A DNA stretch of 64,000 nucleotides, from assembly GCA_963814365.1 (NCBI GenBank), contig CAWFCL010000004.1, positions 1,034,660 through 1,098,659 on the forward strand, read 5' to 3'. The stretch is from an uncultured Actinomycetes bacterium. Its GTDB lineage: Bacteria > Actinomycetota > Thermoleophilia > RBG-16-64-13. Each line of letters starts with the position of its first letter. Position 1 is the stretch's first letter. The notes under the pieces were generated by a model. That model made no database searches and had not been told where the DNA came from. It saw only the letters and a program-made list of their open reading frames with translations. A program made the position numbers and the translations under genes. Of this stretch, positions 32,483 to 41,397 are shown one piece after another.

Positions 32483-34001
32483 CTACTGGGCAGGGGTAGG
32501 GATCCACGATCCCAGAGCCAGCGAGGCCGAAGCATCCACCTCCATGTACTGTGGATAATCGAGCCTCGGCCCGCATAGAGCGGCCGTGCCGATCATGGCA
32601 GCGTTATCAGTGCAATAAGCCAGCGAAGGGACCACCACGTGCAGCCCTGCTCTGCCTCCCTCGTCAATCAGGCGCTTTCGCAGAAGCGAGTTTGCCGCCA
32701 CGCCTCCCGTGACCGCCACCGTCTTGGCGTTCACCAGTTTCGCCGCCCTTAAAGTCTTGTCGACCAATGCCGTGACGATGGCCTTCCTGTAGGACGCGGC
32801 AACATCCGCCGCGTTATGATCCCGCTCGTCTGCATCCATCTCGCGAAGCAGGTAGTAGAGCGCTGTCTTCACCCCGGAGAACGAGAAATCATGGCTATCA
32901 GAGTTCTTCAGACCTATGGGGAACGGGTAACGGCTGTCGTCGCCCTGTTCCGCGAGCAGATCAAGCTCCCGCCCTCCCGGATAGCCCAGTCCCAGCAGCC
33001 TGGCCCCCTTATCGAAGGCCTCTCCTGCGGCATCATCCAGCGTTTGCCCAAGCAGGCTGAAGCTCGAGTAGCCATCGACCCGCACGAGCATAGTGTGCCC
33101 CCCCGAGGCAACAAGACTCACCATAGGGAAGGGCACATCCGGGTCGCTCAACCATGCAGCCGCTAAGTGCCCATGCAGATGGTTGACCGGATAGAGCGGC
33201 AGTCTATGGGCCCAGGCTATTGCTTTGGCAGTCTGTACGCCGACCAGCAGAGCGCCGATCAGCCCGGGTCCCACAGTGACTGCCACCCCTCGGAGGATCT
33301 GTCACGCTGCACTGGGCCTCCCGTAAGGCTTCCTCCACCACGGCGCTCATGCGTTCTACGTGAGCGCGACTCGCCACCTCGGGCACCACGCCGCCGTAAC
33401 GCTCATGTATCGCGTCCTGGGAATGGCTGACCGAGGAGAGTACTTGACCGTGCCGGCCCAGGACTGCCGCCGCTGTGTCATCGCAAGACGACTCCAGGGC
33501 CAGGAGTAAGCCGATATCACCGCCGCGCATCCTGCCGCCGACGCAGCCGTCCTCCTCTGGCTCGCTTCTTGCCTCGCGCACCATGACCAGAGCGTTCTCT
33601 CCCGTATCCGCGTAGTAACGCTTCCGCACGCTAAGGGCGACGAAGCCCTCTGATTCGTAGAGCGCGACCGCTGCAGAGTTGCTTTCTCTGACTTCCAGCA
33701 ACACTGGTGCCCGTGCGCTATCCGCCTCTTCGATGAACCTTCGGACCAGAGTCCTGCCTACACCATGTCCACGACTGTCGACGGCCACAGCCAGATCCAT
33801 AACATGCCACATGTCAGGGTACCGTCGTCCTATCAGAAATCCGATCACTCGGCCATCTTCGTCTTCCGCGACCGAGCCCCAGCCGAAGCGCACTCCCAAC
33901 TCGGCAGCCAACATCCCCGGAGTCCAAGGGCTGCTGAAGGAGTCGCGCTCGATGTCCACCAATTCAGGGACGTCAGCAGCAGCCAGATCTCTCGTTCGCA
34001 C
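32483..34001 (-). pseudogene. tsaD: rimI-tsaD in-frame fusion (GNAT acetyltransferase + t6A transferase TsaD), interrupted by an apparent 1-nt insertion near 33295
   Basis: ORF 33204-34001 encodes a RimI-like GNAT ([14 protein letters not shown]) that runs without a stop into the TsaD N-terminus ([15 protein letters not shown]...[12 protein letters not shown]). ORF 32483-33286, in another frame, continues with [16 protein letters not shown]...HLHGH. Confidence 0.85.
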
Positions 34002-34014
34002 GGCGTCTCCCTGC

Positions 34015-34842
34015 CTATCGCCCAGCGCCGGCGTCGGCCCAAGGGTCTCTCATCTTGGTGATATGAGAATCTGCATCCGGAGCCCTTACGTAGATGGGCT
34101 TCACGGTCTCCGGAGCACCCGTATTTGTCTGCCGGCTGGGCCCATCCTCCCCAGGCCGTCCTGCCTCGGCTTCTGGCTGTTCTGTCAGGCGCTGCTGACC
34201 TATTACCAGGTATTCAGCCCTTACGTCACACGAGATATAGCGCATGCCATGCGGAAGTCCGCCCACCATATTCTCGCCTTCGCCCACTGCGATAGAAGAC
34301 CCCGACCTCTCGCCAAAGACCTCGCTGAAACGTTCTCGGTCACACACCCCGATCGGGTGAGCCCGCGTCCAGCGCACCCCCTCTGGCGTCTCTGATGTCG
34401 CAAGCTCATACTCCGCATAGAATATCTGTCGTCTACGAGCGTCGACCATAGCCACAACACTCGAGTATTCACATACCTCTGCAGGCGATGCCGCATCCAA
34501 GGCCCAAGCAGCCAACGCGCTCAGGGTGCTGACCCCGAACACGGGCACTTCGAGCGCCAGAGAGAGACCTCGCGCCGTGGCCACTGCGATCCTTACTCCC
34601 GTGAAGGTACCTGGCCCAACGCCCACGACGATCCTTTCCAAGTCCGGGGGTTCGGCCCCCATCTCCCGCATCATCTCGTCGACCTGCCGCAGAAGTATCT
34701 TCGCCTGGCCTCGCCCGTTTGTCTCCGCCTTGCGCGCCAGGACCTGGTCACTCAAGATCTGGCCGTCATCGGTGGTAGAAAGTAGCGCTGCAGAGCAGAC
34801 GCTGGTCGACCCGTCCATTGTCAGAATCAGGGCATCACCCAC
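34015..34842 (-). CDS. tsaB: tRNA t6A37 biosynthesis protein TsaB
   Basis: Motifs [16 protein letters not shown] and [16 protein letters not shown] 34842 overlaps the tsaE stop by 8 nt. The track ORF starts at 34875. Confidence 0.85.
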   Translation of the reverse strand: MGDALILTMDGSTSVCSAALLSTTDDGQILSDQVLARKAETNGRGQAKILLRQVDEMMREMGAEPPDLERIVVGVGPGTFTGVRIAVATARGLSLALEVPVFGVSTLSALAAWALDAASPAEVCEYSSVVAMVDARRRQIFYAEYELATSETPEGVRWTRAHPIGVCDRERFSEVFGERSGSSIAVGEGENMVGGLPHGMRYISCDVRAEYLVIGQQRLTEQPEAEAGRPGEDGPSRQTNTGAPETVKPIYVRAPDADSHITKMRDPWADAGAGR

Positions 34843-35318
34843 TATCTCCGGCCTCCCGCCACCGAGCAACCTCACATGCAGTCCCGGCGACTATCCGCAA
34901 ACGCCGAGTGTCCAAAGATTCATGGTCCATGAACACGCTCCACGCTGGATCCCCCAGCCTGTCTCTACCCGCCTCTGGCCACTCCACAAGAGTCACAGCC
35001 TCAGAGTCCACATACTCCTCCAAGGCCAGGGCATCCTCGTACGTTAGTCCTTCCAGTCTGTATAGGTCGAGATGTTGAACGGTGATATCGCCCTTGTAGA
35101 TATTGGCGATCGTGAACGAAGGGCTCCTTGACTGGGTCGGTCACGCCCAGCGCATCCGCCAAGACACGAACAAAAGTCGTCTTGCCGGCCCCCAAGGGGC
35201 CCTCCAGGAACACGAGGTCCCCAGGCCTGATCGCATCAGCCAGCCTTCGGGCGACGGCAGTGACCTGGTCTAGAGTCATCCCTTCGCCACGGAACACCGC
35301 GTTGCCGCTTTCTACCAT
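34835..35318 (-). pseudogene. tsaE: tRNA t6A37 biosynthesis ATPase TsaE, interrupted by an apparent 1-nt insertion near 35127
   Basis: The N-terminal frame (35001-35318) has Walker [11 protein letters not shown] and then degenerates. The +1 frame continues with the canonical [10 protein letters not shown]...HLDLYRLE...LVEWPE and ends at 34835. Confidence 0.85.
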
Positions 35319-36076
35319 AGCGAGAGTTGCCCTGGGGTATTACGGCCCTCACCAGCGCCTCGCTTCTCACCAGTCTCCTCTGTCTGCGTGCACCGCGGCG
35401 CCCGCAGGTCTTCTTTGGCCGCCTCGCTCGCACGGGGTTCCGAGACACATATAGTATCCTTGTCCAGAAGCACTTTCAGCTTGGCGAAGTCCTCTTCGAG
35501 TACAGCGCGGTTAGACCGCGTATAGAGAGCCGCGGCCGGGTGGAACACAGGAAACAACAAGACCGAGACCCCACCGAGCTCCACCTCTTTGGTCTTGCCG
35601 TGAATCGCTGTGATGCTGAGTTCGGTATCCGCCAACAGCCTGGTGGCGAAACGTCCAAGAGTACAGATCACTCGCGGCCGTATGATCTCTATCTGCCGCA
35701 TCAGATGGGGGCTGCAGGCCTGGATCTCCTCTGTGGTGGGATCCCGGTTTTCCGGAGGCCTACATTTGACTACATTGGCTATGTACACGTCGTCCCGGGA
35801 CAGCCCGATGCCGGCCAGCAACTCGCCAAGCAACTTCCCGGCTTGACCGACGAAAGGCACTCCCTGCTGGTCTTCGTGAAATCCAGGGCCTTCCCCCACG
35901 AACAGCAGACGCGCTCCTGAGTCGCCTGCCCCAAAGACCACTTGAGTACGACCCTCGGCAAGACCACACTTACTGCAATCGCTCAACGACTGACTGAGCG
36001 CTTCAAGCGCCTCTGCAGCCGTAGTGCCATCGACTCTACCGTTCTCGACCACCATGCCCAACAGGGTAGCAGACAC
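35312..36076 (-). CDS. Uracil-DNA glycosylase, family 4
   Basis: Motifs [17 protein letters not shown] and [12 protein letters not shown], with an extended charged C-terminus. Start is GTG 36076 or ATG 36055. Confidence 0.85.
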   Translation of the reverse strand: MSATLLGMVVENGRVDGTTAAEALEALSQSLSDCSKCGLAEGRTQVVFGAGDSGARLLFVGEGPGFHEDQQGVPFVGQAGKLLGELLAGIGLSRDDVYIANVVKCRPPENRDPTTEEIQACSPHLMRQIEIIRPRVICTLGRFATRLLADTELSITAIHGKTKEVELGGVSVLLFPVFHPAAALYTRSNRAVLEEDFAKLKVLLDKDTICVSEPRASEAAKEDLRAPRCTQTEETGEKRGAGEGRNTPGQLSLW

Positions 36077-36227
36077 CTGGCCGCGCGACGCGCGCGGCGT
36101 TGTCTTGACACCTGTCCGTTGATATCCTACCGGCGCATCATGTGGGGACCACCGCTGAGATCAGAGCACGGACCGCCTACCCACCAGAGGCGTAGCCGAG
36201 AATAGCGTCGACTCCACAGTACTTTGA

Positions 36228-37229
36228 ATGGCAACCGGGCCGTGTCTGGTATCTCGCGCTAGAACTGGAACAGGCAGGTGCTTCATCGAGTTTGAAGTCA
36301 CATCCTTACGCTTCGCCATAGTCGGCGCAGGCCGTCTTGGGGCCAGCCTTGCTCGAGCCCTTCGAACCAAGGGCCTCACCCTCGCAGGCTATACGGCGCG
36401 GACTCCCGCCGGTCGAGCCCGAGCCCAGAGCTGGCTTGGCGGCTCGGCCACCACGGGACTTCAGGATCTCGTCGCTCAAGACGCGGACATCTACTTTCTG
36501 ACCGTGCCCGACGGGGCGCTCTCCGAAGTCGCCCATGGCCTGGCTGCCCTACTCGACGATCGGGGACGCCGCGTGTACGTCGCCCATACGAGCGGAGCGA
36601 CTTCGGTCACCAGACTGCTGCCTTGCGCAGAGGTGGGCGCGACCACTCTCGCGCTCCATCCGTTGCAGACCTTTCCTGATCCTCTCACCAGCGACCAGCG
36701 CTTCCTAGGTGCAGCCATGGCAGTGACACCCGATACTAGTGGCTATGCCAACTCCGACGGAGTCTCGTTGGGCTTCGCCTTGGCTCGCGCACTCGGAGCC
36801 AAGCCCTTCCTGCTCGCCGACCAAGACCGCCCCCTCTACCACGCCGCTGCCACTGTTTCATGCAACTACTTCGTCACCCTCCAGCACCTTGCCAAGCGCC
36901 TCTTTGTCCAGTCAGGGTTGGCTGAGAAAGACTCCCTATCTATGTTCCTCCCACTCGTCCGAGCGACGCTTGAGAACATCCAGAACCACGGCACCACGGA
37001 TGCCCTGACAGGCCCTCTGAGTCGCGGAGACGTCGATACTGTGCGCCAACATCTTGCTGCTCTAGCTCAACACGCCGCCGATGTAGAGCCTACCTACCGA
37101 GCGCTGGGACTAGCCACCCTGGGTATCGTCCAAGAACGCGCAGAGGTGGCACCTGAGACTGTCCGCGAAATGGCCAGTTTATTGGAACTTGACCTGGGAA
37201 ACTCTACCCACGCAACGAGAGAGGAATGA
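36228..37229 (+). CDS. Rossmann-fold oxidoreductase with DUF2520 domain (putative ketopantoate reductase-like)
   Basis: IVGAGRLG dinucleotide fold and C-terminal TGPLSRGD motif. ATG start. Confidence 0.7.
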   Translation: MATGPCLVSRARTGTGRCFIEFEVTSLRFAIVGAGRLGASLARALRTKGLTLAGYTARTPAGRARAQSWLGGSATTGLQDLVAQDADIYFLTVPDGALSEVAHGLAALLDDRGRRVYVAHTSGATSVTRLLPCAEVGATTLALHPLQTFPDPLTSDQRFLGAAMAVTPDTSGYANSDGVSLGFALARALGAKPFLLADQDRPLYHAAATVSCNYFVTLQHLAKRLFVQSGLAEKDSLSMFLPLVRATLENIQNHGTTDALTGPLSRGDVDTVRQHLAALAQHAADVEPTYRALGLATLGIVQERAEVAPETVREMASLLELDLGNSTHATREE

Positions 37230-37232
37230 TCG

Positions 37233-37685
37233 ATGACAGAACCGTCTAGAGCCACAGGCACAGCCTCGGTGGTAACGGACCGCCTATCTTTTAAGACGCA
37301 GGGCAACGCCGACATGGTCAATCTGACAGCTGATGTTCGGCAGTTCGTGAAAAGCGCCGGGCTCAGCGACGGCGCGGTGACCGTCTTCTTTCCTGGAGCC
37401 ACGGGAGCAGTGACCACCCTTGAGTTTGAGCCGGGGGTCGTCCACGATTTCGCAGCACTATTCGACCGCATAATCTCGCCGCAGGAGCATTACGAACACA
37501 ACGTCACCCACCCGGATGTGAACGGCCATGCCCACGTACGTGCCGGACTCCTGGGTCCCTCCCTTGTTTTCCCTTTCGAGAAGGGCGAACTATGCTTGGG
37601 TCAATGGCAGGAGATCTGTTTCGTCTGTTTCGACAACCGGCCTAGGGAGCGCACCGTGATCGTCCAGGCCTTGGGAGTAAGCTAG
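37233..37685 (+). CDS. YjbQ/UPF0047 family protein (secondary thiamine-phosphate synthase family)
   Basis: 150 aa: ...HNVTHPDVNGHAHVRA...LCLGQWQEICFVCFDNRPRERTV. ATG lies 3 nt after the upstream stop. Confidence 0.8.
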   Translation: MTEPSRATGTASVVTDRLSFKTQGNADMVNLTADVRQFVKSAGLSDGAVTVFFPGATGAVTTLEFEPGVVHDFAALFDRIISPQEHYEHNVTHPDVNGHAHVRAGLLGPSLVFPFEKGELCLGQWQEICFVCFDNRPRERTVIVQALGVS

Positions 37686-37697
37686 GAGGATGGACAC

Positions 37698-38984
37698 ATG
37701 AGACCAGTGCTGCAACTTGCCCTAGACTTCGTCGACCTTCCACGCGCCCTGCAGGTGGCAGAGGAATCCGTCGCCGGAGGCACGGACTGGCTTGAGGTGG
37801 GGACCCCCCTCATAAAGAGTGAGGGACTAGAGGCCATCCGCCAAATCAAAGCCCGCTGGCCGGACAAAGTCATCGTGGCCGACATGAAGACCATGGATGC
37901 CGGCCGAGCGGAAGTGGAGTGTGCTGCCAAGGCCGGGGCGCGCGTTGTGGGCGTGTTGGGCGCTGCGTCTGACGCCACCATCAAGGAATGCATCGAGGCC
38001 GCCAAGAACTATGGCGCCCAGGTGGTCGTCGACATGATCCAAGTGGACGATGTGGTAGCTCGGGCCAAGACCGTGCAGGCTTTCGGCGCCGACTATGTCG
38101 GCATCCACTTGGCCATCGATGAGCAGATGCAGGGCAAGACCCCCTGGGATACCCTGCGGGCGGTAGCAGAGGCGATCACTGTGCCCATCGCAGTGGCCGG
38201 AGGCATCAACTCGCAGACAGCTGCCACCGCACTCGAAGCAGGAGCTTCGATCGTGATCGTGGGTGGCGCCATAACCAAAGCGGCGGACGCGACAGCGGCA
38301 ACCAAAGACATCAAGATGGCAATGGAGACCGGCAAGGCCGTCAAGTCCGAGTTCTTTGTGCGCGCCACCGGACCAGACATCCGCGAAATGCTTATGCGGG
38401 TCTCTGCCGCTAATGTGTCCGACGCCCTACATCGGAGCGGGGATATTCCGGGGCTACGACCGATAGCAACGGATGTGAAGATGGTGGGTCCTGCAGTCAC
38501 GGTGCGCACAGCACCCGGCGACTGGGCCAAGCCGGTGGAAGCCATAGACGTCGCGGAGCCCGGAGATGTACTTGTCATCGATGCTGGAGGCATCCTGCCG
38601 GCCTGCTGGGGCGAGCTTGCCACTAATTCGGCTATCCAGCGCAAGCTTGCAGGCGTGGTCATCTACGGCGCGGCGCGGGACACCGGCGATATCCGGCAAC
38701 TCGGATTCCCAGTGTTCTCCAGTCTGATCACACCGACGGCAGCGGAAGCCAAGGGTTTCGGCGAGATAGGGGTCCCCATCCGCATCGCAGGGGTCAACGT
38801 CTCCCCAGGAGACTGGATCATCGGCGACGACGACGGGGTCTGCGTCATACCCAAGGACAAGGCTGTCGAATACACCAATCGCGCCATGGACGTCTTGGAG
38901 AAAGAAAATCGCATGCGGGCGGAGATACTTGCAGGCAGCACGCTCAGCCAAGTGGGCTACCTTCACAGGTGGGAGAAGAAGTAG
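37698..38984 (+). CDS. Fusion of 3-hexulose-6-phosphate synthase-like (OMPDC-fold) and RraA-like domains
   Basis: N-terminal half: LQLALDF, ADMKTMDAG, VAGGI. C-terminal half: RraA/HMG-aldolase-like (VSDALHR..., GELATNSA..., GAARDTG). SD AGGAGGA lies 7 nt upstream of the ATG. Confidence 0.8.
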   Translation: MRPVLQLALDFVDLPRALQVAEESVAGGTDWLEVGTPLIKSEGLEAIRQIKARWPDKVIVADMKTMDAGRAEVECAAKAGARVVGVLGAASDATIKECIEAAKNYGAQVVVDMIQVDDVVARAKTVQAFGADYVGIHLAIDEQMQGKTPWDTLRAVAEAITVPIAVAGGINSQTAATALEAGASIVIVGGAITKAADATAATKDIKMAMETGKAVKSEFFVRATGPDIREMLMRVSAANVSDALHRSGDIPGLRPIATDVKMVGPAVTVRTAPGDWAKPVEAIDVAEPGDVLVIDAGGILPACWGELATNSAIQRKLAGVVIYGAARDTGDIRQLGFPVFSSLITPTAAEAKGFGEIGVPIRIAGVNVSPGDWIIGDDDGVCVIPKDKAVEYTNRAMDVLEKENRMRAEILAGSTLSQVGYLHRWEKK

Positions 38985-38987
38985 CGC

Positions 38988-39590
38988 GTGTCCATCTTTC
39001 GCTGGGCCGCACCGATCCTCAAGATAGCCGGACGGCGCTGGGAGCTAGCTGACTTTGAGGCCCTTGCTATCAGACTAAGGCCGTACGTACCCCCAGGGGG
39101 TCTGGTAGCGGACTTAGGAGGGGGCACAGGTGATCTGGGCATCGGCATAGCCCAAGCGCTCGACGCTCAGGTCATCATCATAGACCCTACTCCGCAAATG
39201 TTGAGTCGCGTGGATAGCCACCCTATGGTATCCACAAGCCTAGCCGCGGCCGAAGACCTACCTTTCCCGGACGCTCATTTCCACGCGCTTATCTGCTCAG
39301 ACGCCTTCCACCACGTCCGCGACCAAGAGGCGGCCGCACGCGAGATCACGCGCGTCGTCCGTCCGGGGGGCGGCGTCATGTTGCTGGAGCTGGAACCCAG
39401 CAGGATCCTAATAACGTTCGAGCGCATGTTGGGAGAGCCCGCTGCCTTCATGCCCATGCGAGATATGGAAGGCTTCTTCGCTGCGCGGGGCGTCATGGGC
39501 GAGTCTATCCCACAGAGGTATGGATATCTCTATGTGGGATCAATCGGCGATGATCGGCACCGTGGTGACGATGCTCCCTCTAGACGGTAA
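38988..39590 (+). CDS. Class I SAM-dependent methyltransferase
   Basis: Motif I VADLGGGTGDLG and post-I region. GTG lies 3 nt after the upstream stop. Confidence 0.75.
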   Translation: MSIFRWAAPILKIAGRRWELADFEALAIRLRPYVPPGGLVADLGGGTGDLGIGIAQALDAQVIIIDPTPQMLSRVDSHPMVSTSLAAAEDLPFPDAHFHALICSDAFHHVRDQEAAAREITRVVRPGGGVMLLELEPSRILITFERMLGEPAAFMPMRDMEGFFAARGVMGESIPQRYGYLYVGSIGDDRHRGDDAPSRR

Positions 39591-40437
39591 CACTGACGTT
39601 GTCTATGAGCCTCACGGGCCCGAACCGCACGGCCAGGGCTATCAGACAGGTGCCGTGCAACAGTTCCAGCGGGGTCAGGTCTGCCGCATCCACTATCTCC
39701 ACGTAGTCGACCTCACCCAGCAACGCCCCTGCTAGCACCTCTCGGATGGCCTCCTGCAGTCTCACAGCATTTCTCTCTCCCGCCTCAACTGCGGCGAGGG
39801 CCACCTGCAAGGCTCGATTCAATGCCGGAGCTTGAGCCCGTGCCTCGGTCGTGAGGCGCACATTGCGCGAACTGATGGCGAGTCCATCTGCTTCCCGCAC
39901 GATGGGACAGGGCACCACCTCAACACGCAGGTTCAGATCGCGCACCATGCGCTCGACAACCGCCAGTTGCTGAGCGTCCTTCTCCCCTAGGTACACGCGG
40001 TCAGGTTGGCAGATGGACAGAAGCTTGGTGACGACAGTGCACACTCCCCTGAAGTGGCCCGGCCGCGAGCGGCCGCATAGCCCCATTGTCAGGCCCTCCA
40101 CCTCCACCCAGGTACTATGCCCGCCCAGGTACATCTGCTCGGCGCCGGGGTTGAAGAAGATATCGGCCCCCGCGCTCTCCGCCAGCAGCAGATCGCCTTC
40201 CATGTCCCTTGGATACTGCTCGAAATCCTCGCCCGCACCGAACTGCGTAGGATTCACGAACACAGACACGACCACCACGTCGTTCTCAGCAGCGGCCTTT
40301 CTGATAAGGGAGAGATGCCCCTCGTGAAGGGCTCCCATTGTGGGTACCAGCCCCACGCTCTCACCCTCTGCGCGCGCCTTGTCCAGTCGCTCCCTGATAC
40401 CGACAACGGTCGCCACTGCCAGGATTTCGCCGCTCAT
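39580..40437 (-). CDS. panC: Pantoate-beta-alanine ligase
   Basis: Motifs VPTMGALHEGHLSL and VSVFVNPTQF. ATG 40437 overlaps the upstream stop (ATGA). The track ORF extends to 40662. Confidence 0.93.
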   Translation of the reverse strand: MSGEILAVATVVGIRERLDKARAEGESVGLVPTMGALHEGHLSLIRKAAAENDVVVVSVFVNPTQFGAGEDFEQYPRDMEGDLLLAESAGADIFFNPGAEQMYLGGHSTWVEVEGLTMGLCGRSRPGHFRGVCTVVTKLLSICQPDRVYLGEKDAQQLAVVERMVRDLNLRVEVVPCPIVREADGLAISSRNVRLTTEARAQAPALNRALQVALAAVEAGERNAVRLQEAIREVLAGALLGEVDYVEIVDAADLTPLELLHGTCLIALAVRFGPVRLIDNVSVTV

Positions 40438-41381
40438 GCAGTCCCCGATAGAGCCGCGACCCCGCCCAGGGACCGCGCCACTCTTACGGCTCTCCTGATG
40501 CTCATGGCAGTAGCTTCGGCTGCCGCCGCGCCCACCTGAAAAACGTTCGCCCCCACATCGCCGGTGGCCAGAACAAACACACAATCCCCGTCCACTGGGG
40601 TGTGGATCGGGTCTATGGCTCGCGCCTGTCCATCGTGTGCCATTCGGGCGACCATCGCGCACTGGAGCTTGTCCAGATCGCCATCGGTCATGATAACTGT
40701 AAGAGTAGTGTCATTCAGCGGAGACATTTCTGGCGGTCCAGGCAGAGACAAGAGAACGTTCTTGCTGTCGACGAAACTATTCCCGCGCCTTGCTCCCGCG
40801 AGCACCTCCCCATGCTCGTCCAGAACGTCCCCAAAAGCGTTCACTACAGTGAGTGCGCTGACGGTGACTCCTTTGCCGACGTCCACGCTGCAGAGAGCTA
40901 TTCCGCCCTTCATCATGCCAGCGGGACCCAGTATCTTGCCCACCGTCGCCCCAGTCCCGACTCCCACAGAACCTTCCTCGGAACGATCGGACGCCGCCTT
41001 CGTGGCGTTGTAGGCGTCCACAGGTGCAGGGCACGCTTCGGCGCTACCTACCCCCAGATCGTATATGACTGCGCCCGCCACGAGCGGAATACGGGCGTAT
41101 TGCGTCTGGTACCCATACCCCTGCTCTCTCAGAAACTCGGAGACTCCAGCGGCGGCACTTAGACCGCGCGCACTCCCTCCGGTCAGGAGCACCGCATGTA
41201 GCTCACGTACCGAGGAATAAGGAGAGAGAAGAGCGGTTTCCAGACTGCCCGGAGCACCGCCCCTGATGTCCACTGAGCCTGTCACGCCTTGAGGCGCTAG
41301 TACCACGGTGCAGCCCGTAACGCCCAAAGAGTCGGAATAGTGACCTACGCTCAGTCCCTTGACGGGGACCTCGATGGCCAT
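40434..41381 (-). CDS. Peptidase S58 / P1 family (DmpA/BapA-like aminopeptidase)
   Basis: 315 aa: GLSVGHYSD..GVTGCTVVL...DIRGGAPG and an internal ...MTDGD... region typical of the Ntn-type DmpA family. Confidence 0.75.
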   Translation of the reverse strand: MAIEVPVKGLSVGHYSDSLGVTGCTVVLAPQGVTGSVDIRGGAPGSLETALLSPYSSVRELHAVLLTGGSARGLSAAAGVSEFLREQGYGYQTQYARIPLVAGAVIYDLGVGSAEACPAPVDAYNATKAASDRSEEGSVGVGTGATVGKILGPAGMMKGGIALCSVDVGKGVTVSALTVVNAFGDVLDEHGEVLAGARRGNSFVDSKNVLLSLPGPPEMSPLNDTTLTVIMTDGDLDKLQCAMVARMAHDGQARAIDPIHTPVDGDCVFVLATGDVGANVFQVGAAAAEATAMSIRRAVRVARSLGGVAALSGTA

Positions 41382-41397
41382 CCGCGCTGCCCCCTAC

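Noticed and set aside
36080-36098. GC-only hairpin GCCGCGCG-acg-CGCGCGGC in the udg/DUF2520 divergent region
   Set aside because: No gene ends here, so it is not a terminator. Short GC palindromes arise easily in high-GC DNA, and there is no second copy in the window.
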